This document shows positions 53,137 to 62,686 of a stretch of 64,000 nt of DNA, one piece after another (the stretch's first letter is position 1; every line of letters starts with the position of its first letter). Origin of the DNA: Bacillota bacterium. GTDB taxonomy: Bacteria; Bacillota; Clostridia; Lachnospirales; Lachnospiraceae. Both the position numbers and the translations under genes were made by a program. The stretch lies in contig JAEZKD010000195.1 in NCBI GenBank assembly GCA_023415655.1, positions 892 to 64,891 on the forward strand, read 5' to 3'. A model generated the notes under the pieces. The model searched no databases. It saw only the letters and a program-made list of their open reading frames with translations, and was not told where the DNA came from.

Positions 53137-53526
53137 TTAATTCTGTTTCTTTAGAAAATTTAAATATAATAATAAAATAATAAGAATAATAATTAATAAT
53201 ACAGAAAAAACTATAAATATAATATTTTCAGAAATTATAAATGAATAAACGAAGATTATTTCCATTATAATCCTACTAATTGCAATAAAATTAAAATACC
53301 ATTTTAAGATTCTTTTATAATTAATATTTACCTTATTTTTTATAACGTATATTGCACTTAGAATGGTAATAGAAATAATAAAATACATAGCATTTGCAAT
53401 AGAATAATTACTTCTTGAGTCAAATAAATCATTAATTGCATTTACTAACAAATATAAACTTACAATTACTATTACTGAATTTCTAATTAATTTATTATCT
53501 TGTAACCCGTTTTCTATATTATTCAC
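53137..53526 (-). CDS. Very AT-rich four-TM hypothetical protein
   Basis: 129-aa hydrophobic ORF directly upstream of the secreted protein. Confidence 0.6.
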   Translation of the reverse strand: MNNIENGLQDNKLIRNSVIVIVSLYLLVNAINDLFDSRSNYSIANAMYFIISITILSAIYVIKNKVNINYKRILKWYFNFIAISRIIMEIIFVYSFIISENIIFIVFSVLLIIILIILLLYLNFLKKQN

Positions 53527-53724
53527 CTCTTTTCATTTATACTTAATAATATGTTCCAAAAAATAATCCCCCTTCCATGAAAATATCGAAAAAAATCACC
53601 TCCAAACGTATCTGATTGCAACATAATACAACAATAATATACTATTTTAAACATAAATATATGATATTTTACATTAATCCCCTTTTATTGTAAACTGTCA
53701 TTGTTACCAAATTTTTACAATTAA

Positions 53725-54245
53725 CTTTATGTAAAGTGCAGAACTTATTTCCAGTTTCACCTGATTAAAGTCCACTTTGCACGATTAAATTCCACCTTCT
53801 TTTCATTAATGGATTTTACTCGTGCACTCAAACCGTTATAATACAGATATGGTTTCCTGCCTGTGCGGAAAGAGGATATATGAAAGATAACCAAAAACAT
53901 TTAACTTTAAGTACCGAATTACGATTGAACAAAGCCTGAACGAAGGATAAACCTTTTCTGCTATTGCTATTATACTTGAGAAATCCCCTACTACTATATC
54001 AAAAGAAATTCGTAAGCATCGTTCTATTAAGCAACACAAAGACAAAAGTAAACTTCCAAGATGCAGTCATGATAATACTTGTAAAATTAAACATTTATGT
54101 GGTAACTCTCCATGTCAACGCTTATGCAGAGATTGTAAGACTTGCAGAAACCTATGTACACTGTACAAACAAAAGGAATATAGAAGGTTACGTAAAGCTC
54201 CTTATGTTTGTAATTCCTGTTCTAGCCTTAGTAGTTGTCCTTACT
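53725..54245 (+). mobile_element. Truncated IS30-family transposase remnant
   Basis: From ATG 53880: MKDNQKHLTL-(fs)-RITIEQSLNEG*TFSAIAIILEKSPTTISKEIRKHR (HTH), then Cys-rich ...KAPYVCNSC; no DDE domain; left boundary approximate. Confidence 0.8.
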
Positions 54246-54265
54246 TTCGATGGACTTATTTAGCA

Positions 54266-54489
54266 ATCCTTGTTCACTAAAGATTTGATCTTGGATAACG
54301 TATTCTCTTTTGCCGTAAATATCTCCTTTACCTCTTGATAATAGTCCAACAGCTCGGTAATTTTCTGATATCCGATCAATATTTACGAATACGGCTTGAC
54401 GATAGTTGAGAATTAAAATAAATGGCTTCCTTTTCATAACGCTTGAGCTGTATCCTTTAGGCGGTTTGGATTCGCTTTCGAATACAGCT
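54266..54489 (-). pseudogene. Fused comM-3' + dprA-5' scar (scar 1)
   Basis: 54266-54376 matches dprA 56513-56623 (100/111); 54377-54489 matches comM 56878-56990 (105/113). Confidence 0.95.
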
Positions 54490-54699
54490 GGAATTATTTG
54501 TACTAAAATCTTTTTCATTATAACCTCCTTACGAAAGTTTAAAATAAATCCACAATTAGTAATCACCCACAAATATTCGTTGTAATAATAAAAACTAATA
54601 TACTACTTAAAACAAATAAAAACATACTGATTCTTGCGATTATTATTCTATAATTACTTTTCTTAAAATAGTAATTAACTAAAAAAACTAAAACACTCG

Positions 54700-54951
54700 C
54701 TAAAAAATATAATGTAAATAACATTTCAATTTTTTATTATTATTCCAATAATAAAAAGTATAAAATAGTTCGTGTAAAATAATTATAACTGTTGATGAAT
54801 ATACTAACGGATCACATTTATTTAATGAATACTTTTCATTTTTTTCTATATACCTTCTTATTCCAATATATAGAAAATCAATAGTAATAATTAGCATAAT
54901 ACCAACTACAAAAATTACTTGTTCGTTTAAAATCATACGTTTCCCCTCCAA
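54700..54951 (-). CDS. Small membrane hypothetical protein or remnant
   Basis: 83-aa AT-rich ORF with two hydrophobic segments, GGAGG RBS near start. Confidence 0.4.
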   Translation of the reverse strand: MEGKRMILNEQVIFVVGIMLIITIDFLYIGIRRYIEKNEKYSLNKCDPLVYSSTVIIILHELFYTFYYWNNNKKLKCYLHYIF

Positions 54952-55567
54952 TACGTAAAATTTTACTTATACTTTTAAATTGAAATGTCATTCTTAAATA
55001 CAAAATTAAATGAATATGCATTTTTTTACTATATTATACTAATTCTTACATTTTTAGCATGCTTATTTGCTAATTATATCGTTGTATTGATAAAAAACAA
55101 CCACTTAGTCGTAAACTGCAGCATTTTGACGTAAATTGCATATTGCGAAACTTCAAATACTTTAAATACAGTATTTTGTACCCTATCATAAAATCAAGAA
55201 AGAGATCGGAATGTTGTAATCCTAGAACTTAAGCATCATTAAAACCAAAGGGAAACAAAAAGTATGTTTTATTCTTCTCCAGTTCAAATTTACAAGATAT
55301 GCTTATATGTTATTTGGCAACCAATATAAGGAAACACAAATTTACATTTCATATTTACTAACGTGCTACTCTTAATTCTACACAACCTCATTCCAAAACA
55401 CCTTTATCCCTTTTTACATACAGCAGTTCGCATTTAGATACTTTCCACACATTAGAATTAATGTTCTCAAAAAAAGACCACTAAAGCTGATTCCGCTTCA
55501 TTGACCGTTCTCTATATATTTTTTTTATAGATTAACCCTTCACGTTATACTAGTTAATATAAGCTCC

Positions 55568-56671
55568 CTACACCCTCAAAGCATAATAATTCTTAGCCAC
55601 CTCCCGAATCACCTGCTTTAACTTTAAGTCAATCAAAAGCCCAGAGACTCTCCCAACATCCAACCTCATCTGCTCCACCAACCGTCCAAGATACACTGGC
55701 TCTAACGATAAATACCCAACTAACCTGATTTCTTCCTCACTTAACATCTCCTTGGTTTGTTCCAACAGTGAACCAACCACTTGATTCTCAAGCTTAGTAT
55801 CCAGATGAAAATATTCCAACATATCTCTTGGATGGCAAACGACCTGAGCACCCATTCGAGCAAGTCGATTACAACCAACCGATAATTCATCCGTAATCCT
55901 CCCTGGAATAACAAAGATATCCTTCCCCTGTTCCAATCCCTGATCTACCGTAATAAACGAACCACTTCTCTCCTTTGCTTCTACCACAAGAATCGCATCA
56001 CTCATTCCAGCTATGATTCGATTCCTTCGAGGGAAGTTCCCTGCTCTTGGCTTCACATGATAGCCATACTCAGACATAACTCCACCCTTTCCCTTCATCT
56101 GTTCATATAGATAACGATTGCTTTCTGGGTAACAGCAATCAATCCCACAGCCTAAGACTCCTAAGGTATAGCCATCTGCCATCAGTGCCCCTTGATGACT
56201 GTATCCATCCACTCCCATTGCCAATCCACTAATGATCTGAACTCCCTCTTTCGCTAGCTCTCGAGCAAAGTACATCGATAACTCCCTGCCATAATTCGTG
56301 CAGTTTCTCGCTCCAACAATAGCTAGCTTCGGTTTCGTAAGGTCAGGAAGCTTTCCCTTCACATACAGTGCATAAGGTGGCTCATATACCTGCAAGATTG
56401 CTTTTGGATAATCCTCATCTTGTTGTAAGACAAACTTAGTTTCTTCTTTGATCAGTTTTTCATATAACCGGTGAACCTCGTCTTCTTCATGTACCTTTGA
56501 TAAATATTCGATATCCTTTTTCACTAGAGATTTAATTTTGGATAACGTATTCTCTTTTGCAGTAAATATCTCCTTTACCTCTTGATAGTAATCCAGCAGC
56601 TCAGTAATTTTCTGATAACCAATTCCGTTGATGTTACATAACCAAAACCAATATTCACGCTCATTTAGCAT
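55568..56671 (-). CDS. dprA: DNA-processing protein DprA
   Basis: AIVGAR, IISGLAMGVD, NFPRRNRIIAG, VVEAKERSGS; start at MLNERE. Confidence 0.97.
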   Translation of the reverse strand: MLNEREYWFWLCNINGIGYQKITELLDYYQEVKEIFTAKENTLSKIKSLVKKDIEYLSKVHEEDEVHRLYEKLIKEETKFVLQQDEDYPKAILQVYEPPYALYVKGKLPDLTKPKLAIVGARNCTNYGRELSMYFARELAKEGVQIISGLAMGVDGYSHQGALMADGYTLGVLGCGIDCCYPESNRYLYEQMKGKGGVMSEYGYHVKPRAGNFPRRNRIIAGMSDAILVVEAKERSGSFITVDQGLEQGKDIFVIPGRITDELSVGCNRLARMGAQVVCHPRDMLEYFHLDTKLENQVVGSLLEQTKEMLSEEEIRLVGYLSLEPVYLGRLVEQMRLDVGRVSGLLIDLKLKQVIREVAKNYYALRV

Positions 56672-58220
56672 ACGATTTCTCACCACCCATCCAATATTTA
56701 TGTTCAAAACTACGATAACAAACTGCTTCGCTCAGATGTCGTTCTTTGATGTCTTCACTTTCTTCTAAATCTGCGATAGTCCTAGCAACTTTTAGTATTC
56801 GATGATAACCTCTGGAACTTAGTTCTAGCTGGTCAAATACCTTCTCCATCCACTGCTGCTCATTCTTTCCTAATACACAATATTTACGAATACGACTTGA
56901 CGATAACTGAGCATTAAAATAAATGGCTTCCTTTTCATAACGCTTTAGCTGTATCCTTCTAGCGGTTTGGATTCGCTTTCGAATACAGCTTGAGCTTTCT
57001 TGTTCGGTTGTATTATGTAGTTGGTGGTAGTCAATTTCAGAAGTTTCAATGAAGACATCAATTCGATCAAGAAGTGGTCCTGAGATATGATTCAGATATC
57101 GATGGATCTGTGGATAGGAGCAATGACAACGAAGACGATTGGGATAATAGCCACATTTACAAGGGTTCATTGCGGCAACAAGCATCAGGTTTGCCGGGTA
57201 TTCATAACAGCCATTCAGCCGATTTATCATAATACGACGCTCCTCCAAGGGTTGTCGTAGTAGTTCTAGTGTTCTCATATCAAACTCGGGAAGCTCATCT
57301 AGAAACAGCACACCATTCGTAGCAAGCGAAATCTCTCCTGGTCTTGGGTAACGTCCACCTCCTACTAAGGCATTGCTCGTAATCGAATGGTGAGGAGCAC
57401 GAAAGGGGCGTGTGAGTAGCAATGGCTGATTGGAATCCATATGACCAGATACACTATATACTTTCGTTAATTCTAAACTCTCTGCTAAAGTAAGCTCTGG
57501 CATAATGGTTGGTATTCGTTTGGCAAGCATTGTCTTACCAGAACCAGGGGTTCCAATCATCATCAAATGATGCATTCCTGCAACTGCTACCTCAATGGCA
57601 CGCTTTGCACTCTCTTGGCCACATACCTCATGAAAGTCCATATCATATGCCATATGAATTCCATCCTCGAATAATTGCTTCACATCCACGAACTCTGCAT
57701 CGATTGGCAAAGCACCCATAAGATATAAAAAAGCTTCCTTAAGTGAAGATACGCCAATCATCTCTATCTCAGAGATGACAGCTCCCTCTCTTGCATTTTC
57801 TTTTGGAAGGATACACCGAACAAACCCCTGCTCCTTAGCAGCGGTTACCATAGGAAGTACACCATTGATCCGATGAAGTCCAGCATCTAAACTGAGCTCC
57901 CCAATAAATACTGTTTTTTCTATGAATTCTTCTGGAATATGACCGGATGCGGTCAGAATAGAAATAGCGATTGCCAGATCAAACATCGTTCCCTCTTTTC
58001 GAACATCTGCTGGCGATAGATTAATGGTAATTCTCTTTGGTGGTAAGCGAAACTCTGCATTCTTAAGTGCTACACGAACTCGTTCCTTTGCTTCTCGAAC
58101 TTCTGTCCCTAATAGTCCAACCAATTCTAGGCATGGTAGCCCATCACTGACATCCGCTTCCACCTGTACAACATAAGCACTCATACCTTCCAGTGCTGCA
58201 CTATAGACCTTACTAAACAT
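56661..58220 (-). CDS. comM: ComM/YifB Mg-chelatase-like AAA+ helicase
   Basis: RITINLSPAD, GTPGSGKTMLA, RPFRAPHH, GVLFLDELPEF, AAMNPCKCG; GGAG RBS before 58220. Confidence 0.96.
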   Translation of the reverse strand: MFSKVYSAALEGMSAYVVQVEADVSDGLPCLELVGLLGTEVREAKERVRVALKNAEFRLPPKRITINLSPADVRKEGTMFDLAIAISILTASGHIPEEFIEKTVFIGELSLDAGLHRINGVLPMVTAAKEQGFVRCILPKENAREGAVISEIEMIGVSSLKEAFLYLMGALPIDAEFVDVKQLFEDGIHMAYDMDFHEVCGQESAKRAIEVAVAGMHHLMMIGTPGSGKTMLAKRIPTIMPELTLAESLELTKVYSVSGHMDSNQPLLLTRPFRAPHHSITSNALVGGGRYPRPGEISLATNGVLFLDELPEFDMRTLELLRQPLEERRIMINRLNGCYEYPANLMLVAAMNPCKCGYYPNRLRCHCSYPQIHRYLNHISGPLLDRIDVFIETSEIDYHQLHNTTEQESSSCIRKRIQTARRIQLKRYEKEAIYFNAQLSSSRIRKYCVLGKNEQQWMEKVFDQLELSSRGYHRILKVARTIADLEESEDIKERHLSEAVCYRSFEHKYWMGGEKSYAK

Positions 58221-58256
58221 ACAAATCCTTTCCTCTCCAAGAAAGGTACTAGCATT

Positions 58257-58286
58257 ATTATACCTCAGCAAATTTTCTAGACGCAA
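58257..58286 (-). promoter_or_regulatory. Putative sigma-A promoter of comM-dprA
   Basis: TTGCGT-N18-TATAAT. Confidence 0.5.
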
Positions 58287-58395
58287 CTAAAAGTAAAAGA
58301 TTCGTATGTGTTGATGTGACGTTTTTCTACAATTTAAATTGAACTAGCATATACCTCAATCGAATGGACATAATCGTTTCCTTTGATCCAATATA

Positions 58396-58692
58396 TTAGT
58401 TTTGTTTCCTACGCCTTCTATGCCTTACGACTGAACAAAGATTAACTACAATAAATAGAACAATTAATACAACAAGGCCATGTATACTATATTTCTCATA
58501 ACTCCAATGCGCTTCCATATAATCACCAATTACGAAATATTCGATTACAATCACAGGGACCCATAAAAAAACACTTTCGATTGTGCACCAAAACCATGAA
58601 TGCTTCTCACTAGGTATTTCAGGATCACAATCATAACTATGTACTGAATCAACATAATTCCCACCACTATCATAAACATCCTCGTCAGGCAT
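58396..58692 (-). CDS. Small two-TM hypothetical protein
   Basis: 98-aa ORF with GGAGG RBS. Confidence 0.6.
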   Translation of the reverse strand: MPDEDVYDSGGNYVDSVHSYDCDPEIPSEKHSWFWCTIESVFLWVPVIVIEYFVIGDYMEAHWSYEKYSIHGLVVLIVLFIVVNLCSVVRHRRRRKQN

Positions 58693-58770
58693 ATTAGTCC
58701 TCCAGATTAAATATTAATATTACATTATATTCAAAATACCTCGTTTCTGTTCTTGTGGTTATAAACAATG

Positions 58771-59058
58771 ACTTAGAGCAAAGTGTTTCGCTTGCGAAAC
58801 ACACCGCCTGCGGCGAGTTGCGAAAGCAACATCTTCCTTTTCGCGCAGTGCGATCCTTTGCCCTGTCTTTTAGGGTATTTGTTTAAGTATAGGATACGAA
58901 TCTTCCTATACTTAAACAAATTGTGCATCACACACTTTGTTTACGCTCCAAGTAGCTAATCCACCGAGTGTACATTGTATGCCCTGTTCTTTAGGGCATT
59001 GGTTGAGATATAGGAGACGACACTTCCTATACTTTAATAAAATCTACTTTACACATCT
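58771..59058. repeat. Multi-hairpin intergenic element with a duplicated module (REP/MITE-like or ncRNA)
   Basis: Stems at 58783-58802, 58805-58815, 58817-58830, 58878-58920; module 58859-58920 repeated degenerately at 58980-59042. Confidence 0.7.
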
Positions 59059-59099
59059 CACTATTACGATTATCATAGCACACCACTTGTCGTAAACTT

Positions 59100-59137
59100 A
59101 AAAACGTCTGTCCATTATCAATCAATGGACAGACGTC
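59100..59137 (-). terminator. Terminator of sbcD-sbcC-VOC operon
   Basis: ACGTCTGTCCATT...AATGGACAGACGT stem with A-tract. Confidence 0.75.
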
Positions 59138-59156
59138 TTATATATTTGTACTAAAC

Positions 59157-59504
59157 TTATTTCAGTAAACTACGAAAATAGATGATATTCCTATCAGGAT
59201 CATAAAAGCTCATATTAGTTGCACCCCATGGACGAAGCGTTGGTTTTTCTATGATTTCTACTCCCATTGCAAGTAACCTCATATACTCTGCCTCAATATC
59301 CTCCACCGTAAATGCAAGTCTAATATTCTGATTGTTATTATTCTTTTGTGAGCCATCGTTATAAATGGTAAGTGAAGTTTCTTCTGCAATCAATACTTGA
59401 TGAACTTCATCCTCACTGTTGTTCTCTATACCGAATAACTGTTTATAAAAGTTTGCAAGTAAAACAACATCATTGGTATTTAAGCTTACTTCTCCAATTC
59501 GCAT
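59157..59504 (-). CDS. VOC/glyoxalase family protein
   Basis: LAFTVEDIE, PWG, FYDPDRN. Confidence 0.88.
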   Translation of the reverse strand: MRIGEVSLNTNDVVLLANFYKQLFGIENNSEDEVHQVLIAEETSLTIYNDGSQKNNNNQNIRLAFTVEDIEAEYMRLLAMGVEIIEKPTLRPWGATNMSFYDPDRNIIYFRSLLK

Positions 59505-59529
59505 GAAATCACCTCTTTCATTCAAGTTC

Positions 59530-62500
59530 TCAAAAATTCCAAGAAATCGTACTCCCCTTGCTATCCTTCTTCACGATCAGCTTTCTCTCAATCTGTTCCT
59601 TTAACTCCGTTACATGAGAGATGATTCCTACCAATCTGCGATCTCCAGCAAGATCATTTAAGATACGGATTGCCTGATTTCTAGAATCCTCATCTAAGGA
59701 ACCAAAGCCTTCATCGATAAACATCGTGTCAAGATGAATCTTACCAGCGGTGTTTTGCATCACGTCTGCCATACCAAGTGCCATCGAAAGAGCTGCCATA
59801 AACGACTCTCCACCAGAAAGAGTCTTCACATCCCTCGTCTTATCGGTCACTAAGCTGTATACATCTAAGTCCAATCCAACCTCGCCACGTTTCGAAAGAT
59901 CTTCAAAATCTTTACATTGCAAGATAAATCGATTCGAAGACATCACAACAAGTCGTTTGTTTGCTTCATGAATGATATTTTTAAAGTATCTTCTCTGAAT
60001 ATAGGTTTGAAAATCAAGACCAGCCTGTCCAACTAGCTTTCCATTCGCAGCCTTATCAAGTCGACTAAGACGTTCAAACTCTTCACGCAACTTCACTCTG
60101 TCCTTAAATGCTTCTTTGACATGTTGATAGACTGACTCATCCTTTTTTAGAATTGAATAATATTCTTTTCCTCTCGCTTGCATCTGCTGCCCTAAATGTT
60201 CCAGCTGTTCTTGTTTTTCTAACCAACTCTTTAACTCAACCTTTTCTTTTCCCTTGGTTTGCTCGAGATAGACTTGATACGTTGCCTTTAACTTAGAAAG
60301 CTGTAATTCAAACTCATTGCATTCTAATTCCCATTGCTTAACCGTACGCTCCTCCACCTTAGCATTGCGATATTCGGTTTCGGTTTCAAATCCCCATTCG
60401 GTAATCGCTTGTAAATATTCAGTTTGAAGCTTAGCTAATTCAATGGTCTGATTCTCCAATTCCTTTGTCGCATTGGATACCTGACCAGTAATTTGCTGAT
60501 AACGCTCTAACACCAACTGATATTGATCGGTTGCAACCTTTTTCTCATTCTCCAATGTAGCTTTTTGTTGTTGAATTTGATTTAATACAACATTCGCTTT
60601 GGATAAGCTCTCATACAGCAATCCTTCTCGCAATAACAGCTCTTCTTTTTTTAAGGTCTGACTTAACAGCTGTGCCTCATGATAAGAGGTTGTTAAAGCT
60701 TCCTGGCGTAGAGTACTTTCGGAAACATTCTTGGTTAGTGTCCCTAACAACACAACATTCTGATCCAAACGTTCTTTTTTCTGTTTTTCAAGGTCCAGCT
60801 CTTGTCGAACCACCTTCCCCTTATCTACGCTTTCTTTTCTCTTCTCCCCTGCAATTGCTAGCCATTCACTACCATAGATGAATTCTGGCCCAAGAATTCG
60901 CATACCTTCGTTTTGATACGTTTCCTTTTTGGCATGAAGTTTTGACGAGGCTTGTGATAACTTTTCACTTTCCTTTGACTTTAGCTCATCCGCAGTATCA
61001 CGCTCTTTTTTCGCTCTAGCAACCTCTTGCTGAGTCACTGCTTCTTTGGAGAGTGTTGCCGGTTTTGGATGACTCGTAGAACCACATACTGGGCACTCCT
61101 CACCAGGTTTTAAAGAATCTGCGATGATCCCTACCTGCTCTTTAATAAAAGCTTCATTGAATTGTTCATATATTGCTGATTTTTGCTGATAGAACGTCAG
61201 TGCATCCGTCGTTGCTTTCTTACATGCTTCTTCCTCTGCTTGTAAGGTTACAATCTCTGCTGCCAGTGCAATCAAAGCATCTAAATCCTTATAGATTTGT
61301 CCTAATTCTTTTAACTGTTGCTCCAATCGAACCACATTGGCAGCACTCTCTTTGTAGTTCTCTTGCTCTTGTTGGATTTCATCGATCTGCTTCTTATATG
61401 ACGTAAGAGCCTTTATCTCTTGTTCAAGTAAACGTTTGACTTCTTCCTCTTTGATTCGAGCTTGCTTTCCTTCCTCCACCTTATGATCTAACTTATCATA
61501 AATAGACAAAGAGTCGGTCAATCTTGTGATCTCCGTTGTTAAGGCTGGACTACGCTCTTCTACTTCCTTTTCTTTTTCTTCTTTGATTTTGAGTAGTTCA
61601 GAAGTCTTTTTAACGAGCTGAGACATCTCCTCTCGCAAGCTAGCAAGCTGCTGCTCTTTTTCCTTTTTTAAGAATTCCGCCTTTTGATATACCTGCTCTT
61701 TTGGTACTACTTGCAGTGCATTCCTTGCTTTTTTAATATCTTCCTTCTTCTGCTGAATGAGTAAGGCTTTTTGCTGACTCATCTCTAATTCTTTTTGAAT
61801 GGCTTCAAGCTGAGTAAATAATTGATTGATTTCATTTCCTTTTGCAATCTGATCTTTGACTAAGGATAGTTCTTTCTCCTGTTGCTTAGCTGCTTCCTTT
61901 AATTCTTCTTCTTTCTTTTTGGTCTCTTCTATAATAAGCTGAATTAATTCAACGCTACGCTCTGGATTGGTTTCTGAAAATCTTCCATACTCCTTCCACT
62001 CCTGTTGATACGCACTGTCCTCAATCAATGCAACCCCATCCAATTCAAAGGTGATTTGCTTTTGATTGTCACACAATTTCCCATATAAACCTTTCGCACG
62101 ATCACTTAATTCCTTTTGGATTCTCCAGTAAATTCTCGTATCAAATATCTTAGAAAAGATTTCTTTTCGTTCTTTGGATGGAGCAACTAATAATTTCATG
62201 AATTCGCCCTGTGCAATCATCGCAATCTGTGTAAACTGATTGACATCCAGTCCAATGATTTCAATAATCTTTTGATTGGTCTCCTTCACCTTCCCACGAA
62301 ATGGCTTTCCATCTGGAAGAATTAATTCCACTGATGCTGCTTCTTGAGCAAAGGTATACTCTCCATCCTTATTTTTTCGTTTGCTACGTCGTAAGAAATT
62401 TGGATTACGGCGGATCTGATAGGTCTTTCCTTCATACAAAAAGGTGAGTTCGACAAATGTCAACGTATCCTCGTCGGCGAATTCACTCCGCATCATATCC

Positions 62501-62685
62501 CCATTTCTTCGTCCACCGCTCGTCTCATCATAAAGAGCATACGTAATGGCATCAAAGATCGTCGTCTTACCAGCCCCAGTATCTCCCGTAATTAAAAAGA
62601 TTCCCTGATTGACTGCTTCAAAATCAACCTCGACTTGCCCTGCATAAGAGCCAAAGGCAGACATGACTATTTTTAATGGTTTCAT
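59530..62685 (-). CDS. sbcC: SbcC (Rad50-like) ATPase
   Basis: GDTGAGKT, CPVCGS zinc hook, LSGGE, IDEGFGSLD, ISH. Confidence 0.95.
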   Translation of the reverse strand: MKPLKIVMSAFGSYAGQVEVDFEAVNQGIFLITGDTGAGKTTIFDAITYALYDETSGGRRNGDMMRSEFADEDTLTFVELTFLYEGKTYQIRRNPNFLRRSKRKNKDGEYTFAQEAASVELILPDGKPFRGKVKETNQKIIEIIGLDVNQFTQIAMIAQGEFMKLLVAPSKERKEIFSKIFDTRIYWRIQKELSDRAKGLYGKLCDNQKQITFELDGVALIEDSAYQQEWKEYGRFSETNPERSVELIQLIIEETKKKEEELKEAAKQQEKELSLVKDQIAKGNEINQLFTQLEAIQKELEMSQQKALLIQQKKEDIKKARNALQVVPKEQVYQKAEFLKKEKEQQLASLREEMSQLVKKTSELLKIKEEKEKEVEERSPALTTEITRLTDSLSIYDKLDHKVEEGKQARIKEEEVKRLLEQEIKALTSYKKQIDEIQQEQENYKESAANVVRLEQQLKELGQIYKDLDALIALAAEIVTLQAEEEACKKATTDALTFYQQKSAIYEQFNEAFIKEQVGIIADSLKPGEECPVCGSTSHPKPATLSKEAVTQQEVARAKKERDTADELKSKESEKLSQASSKLHAKKETYQNEGMRILGPEFIYGSEWLAIAGEKRKESVDKGKVVRQELDLEKQKKERLDQNVVLLGTLTKNVSESTLRQEALTTSYHEAQLLSQTLKKEELLLREGLLYESLSKANVVLNQIQQQKATLENEKKVATDQYQLVLERYQQITGQVSNATKELENQTIELAKLQTEYLQAITEWGFETETEYRNAKVEERTVKQWELECNEFELQLSKLKATYQVYLEQTKGKEKVELKSWLEKQEQLEHLGQQMQARGKEYYSILKKDESVYQHVKEAFKDRVKLREEFERLSRLDKAANGKLVGQAGLDFQTYIQRRYFKNIIHEANKRLVVMSSNRFILQCKDFEDLSKRGEVGLDLDVYSLVTDKTRDVKTLSGGESFMAALSMALGMADVMQNTAGKIHLDTMFIDEGFGSLDEDSRNQAIRILNDLAGDRRLVGIISHVTELKEQIERKLIVKKDSKGSTISWNF

Positions 62686-62686
62686 C

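Noticed and set aside
53223..53237. CodY-box-like TATTTTCAGAAATTA
   Set aside because: Three mismatches inside an extremely AT-rich coding region; expected by chance.
43000..55560. Prophage, ICE or classical integron as the explanation for the accessory tract
   Set aside because: No integrase/recombinase, relaxase, phage genes or attC-type sites are visible in the window; a trans-acting recombinase elsewhere cannot be excluded.
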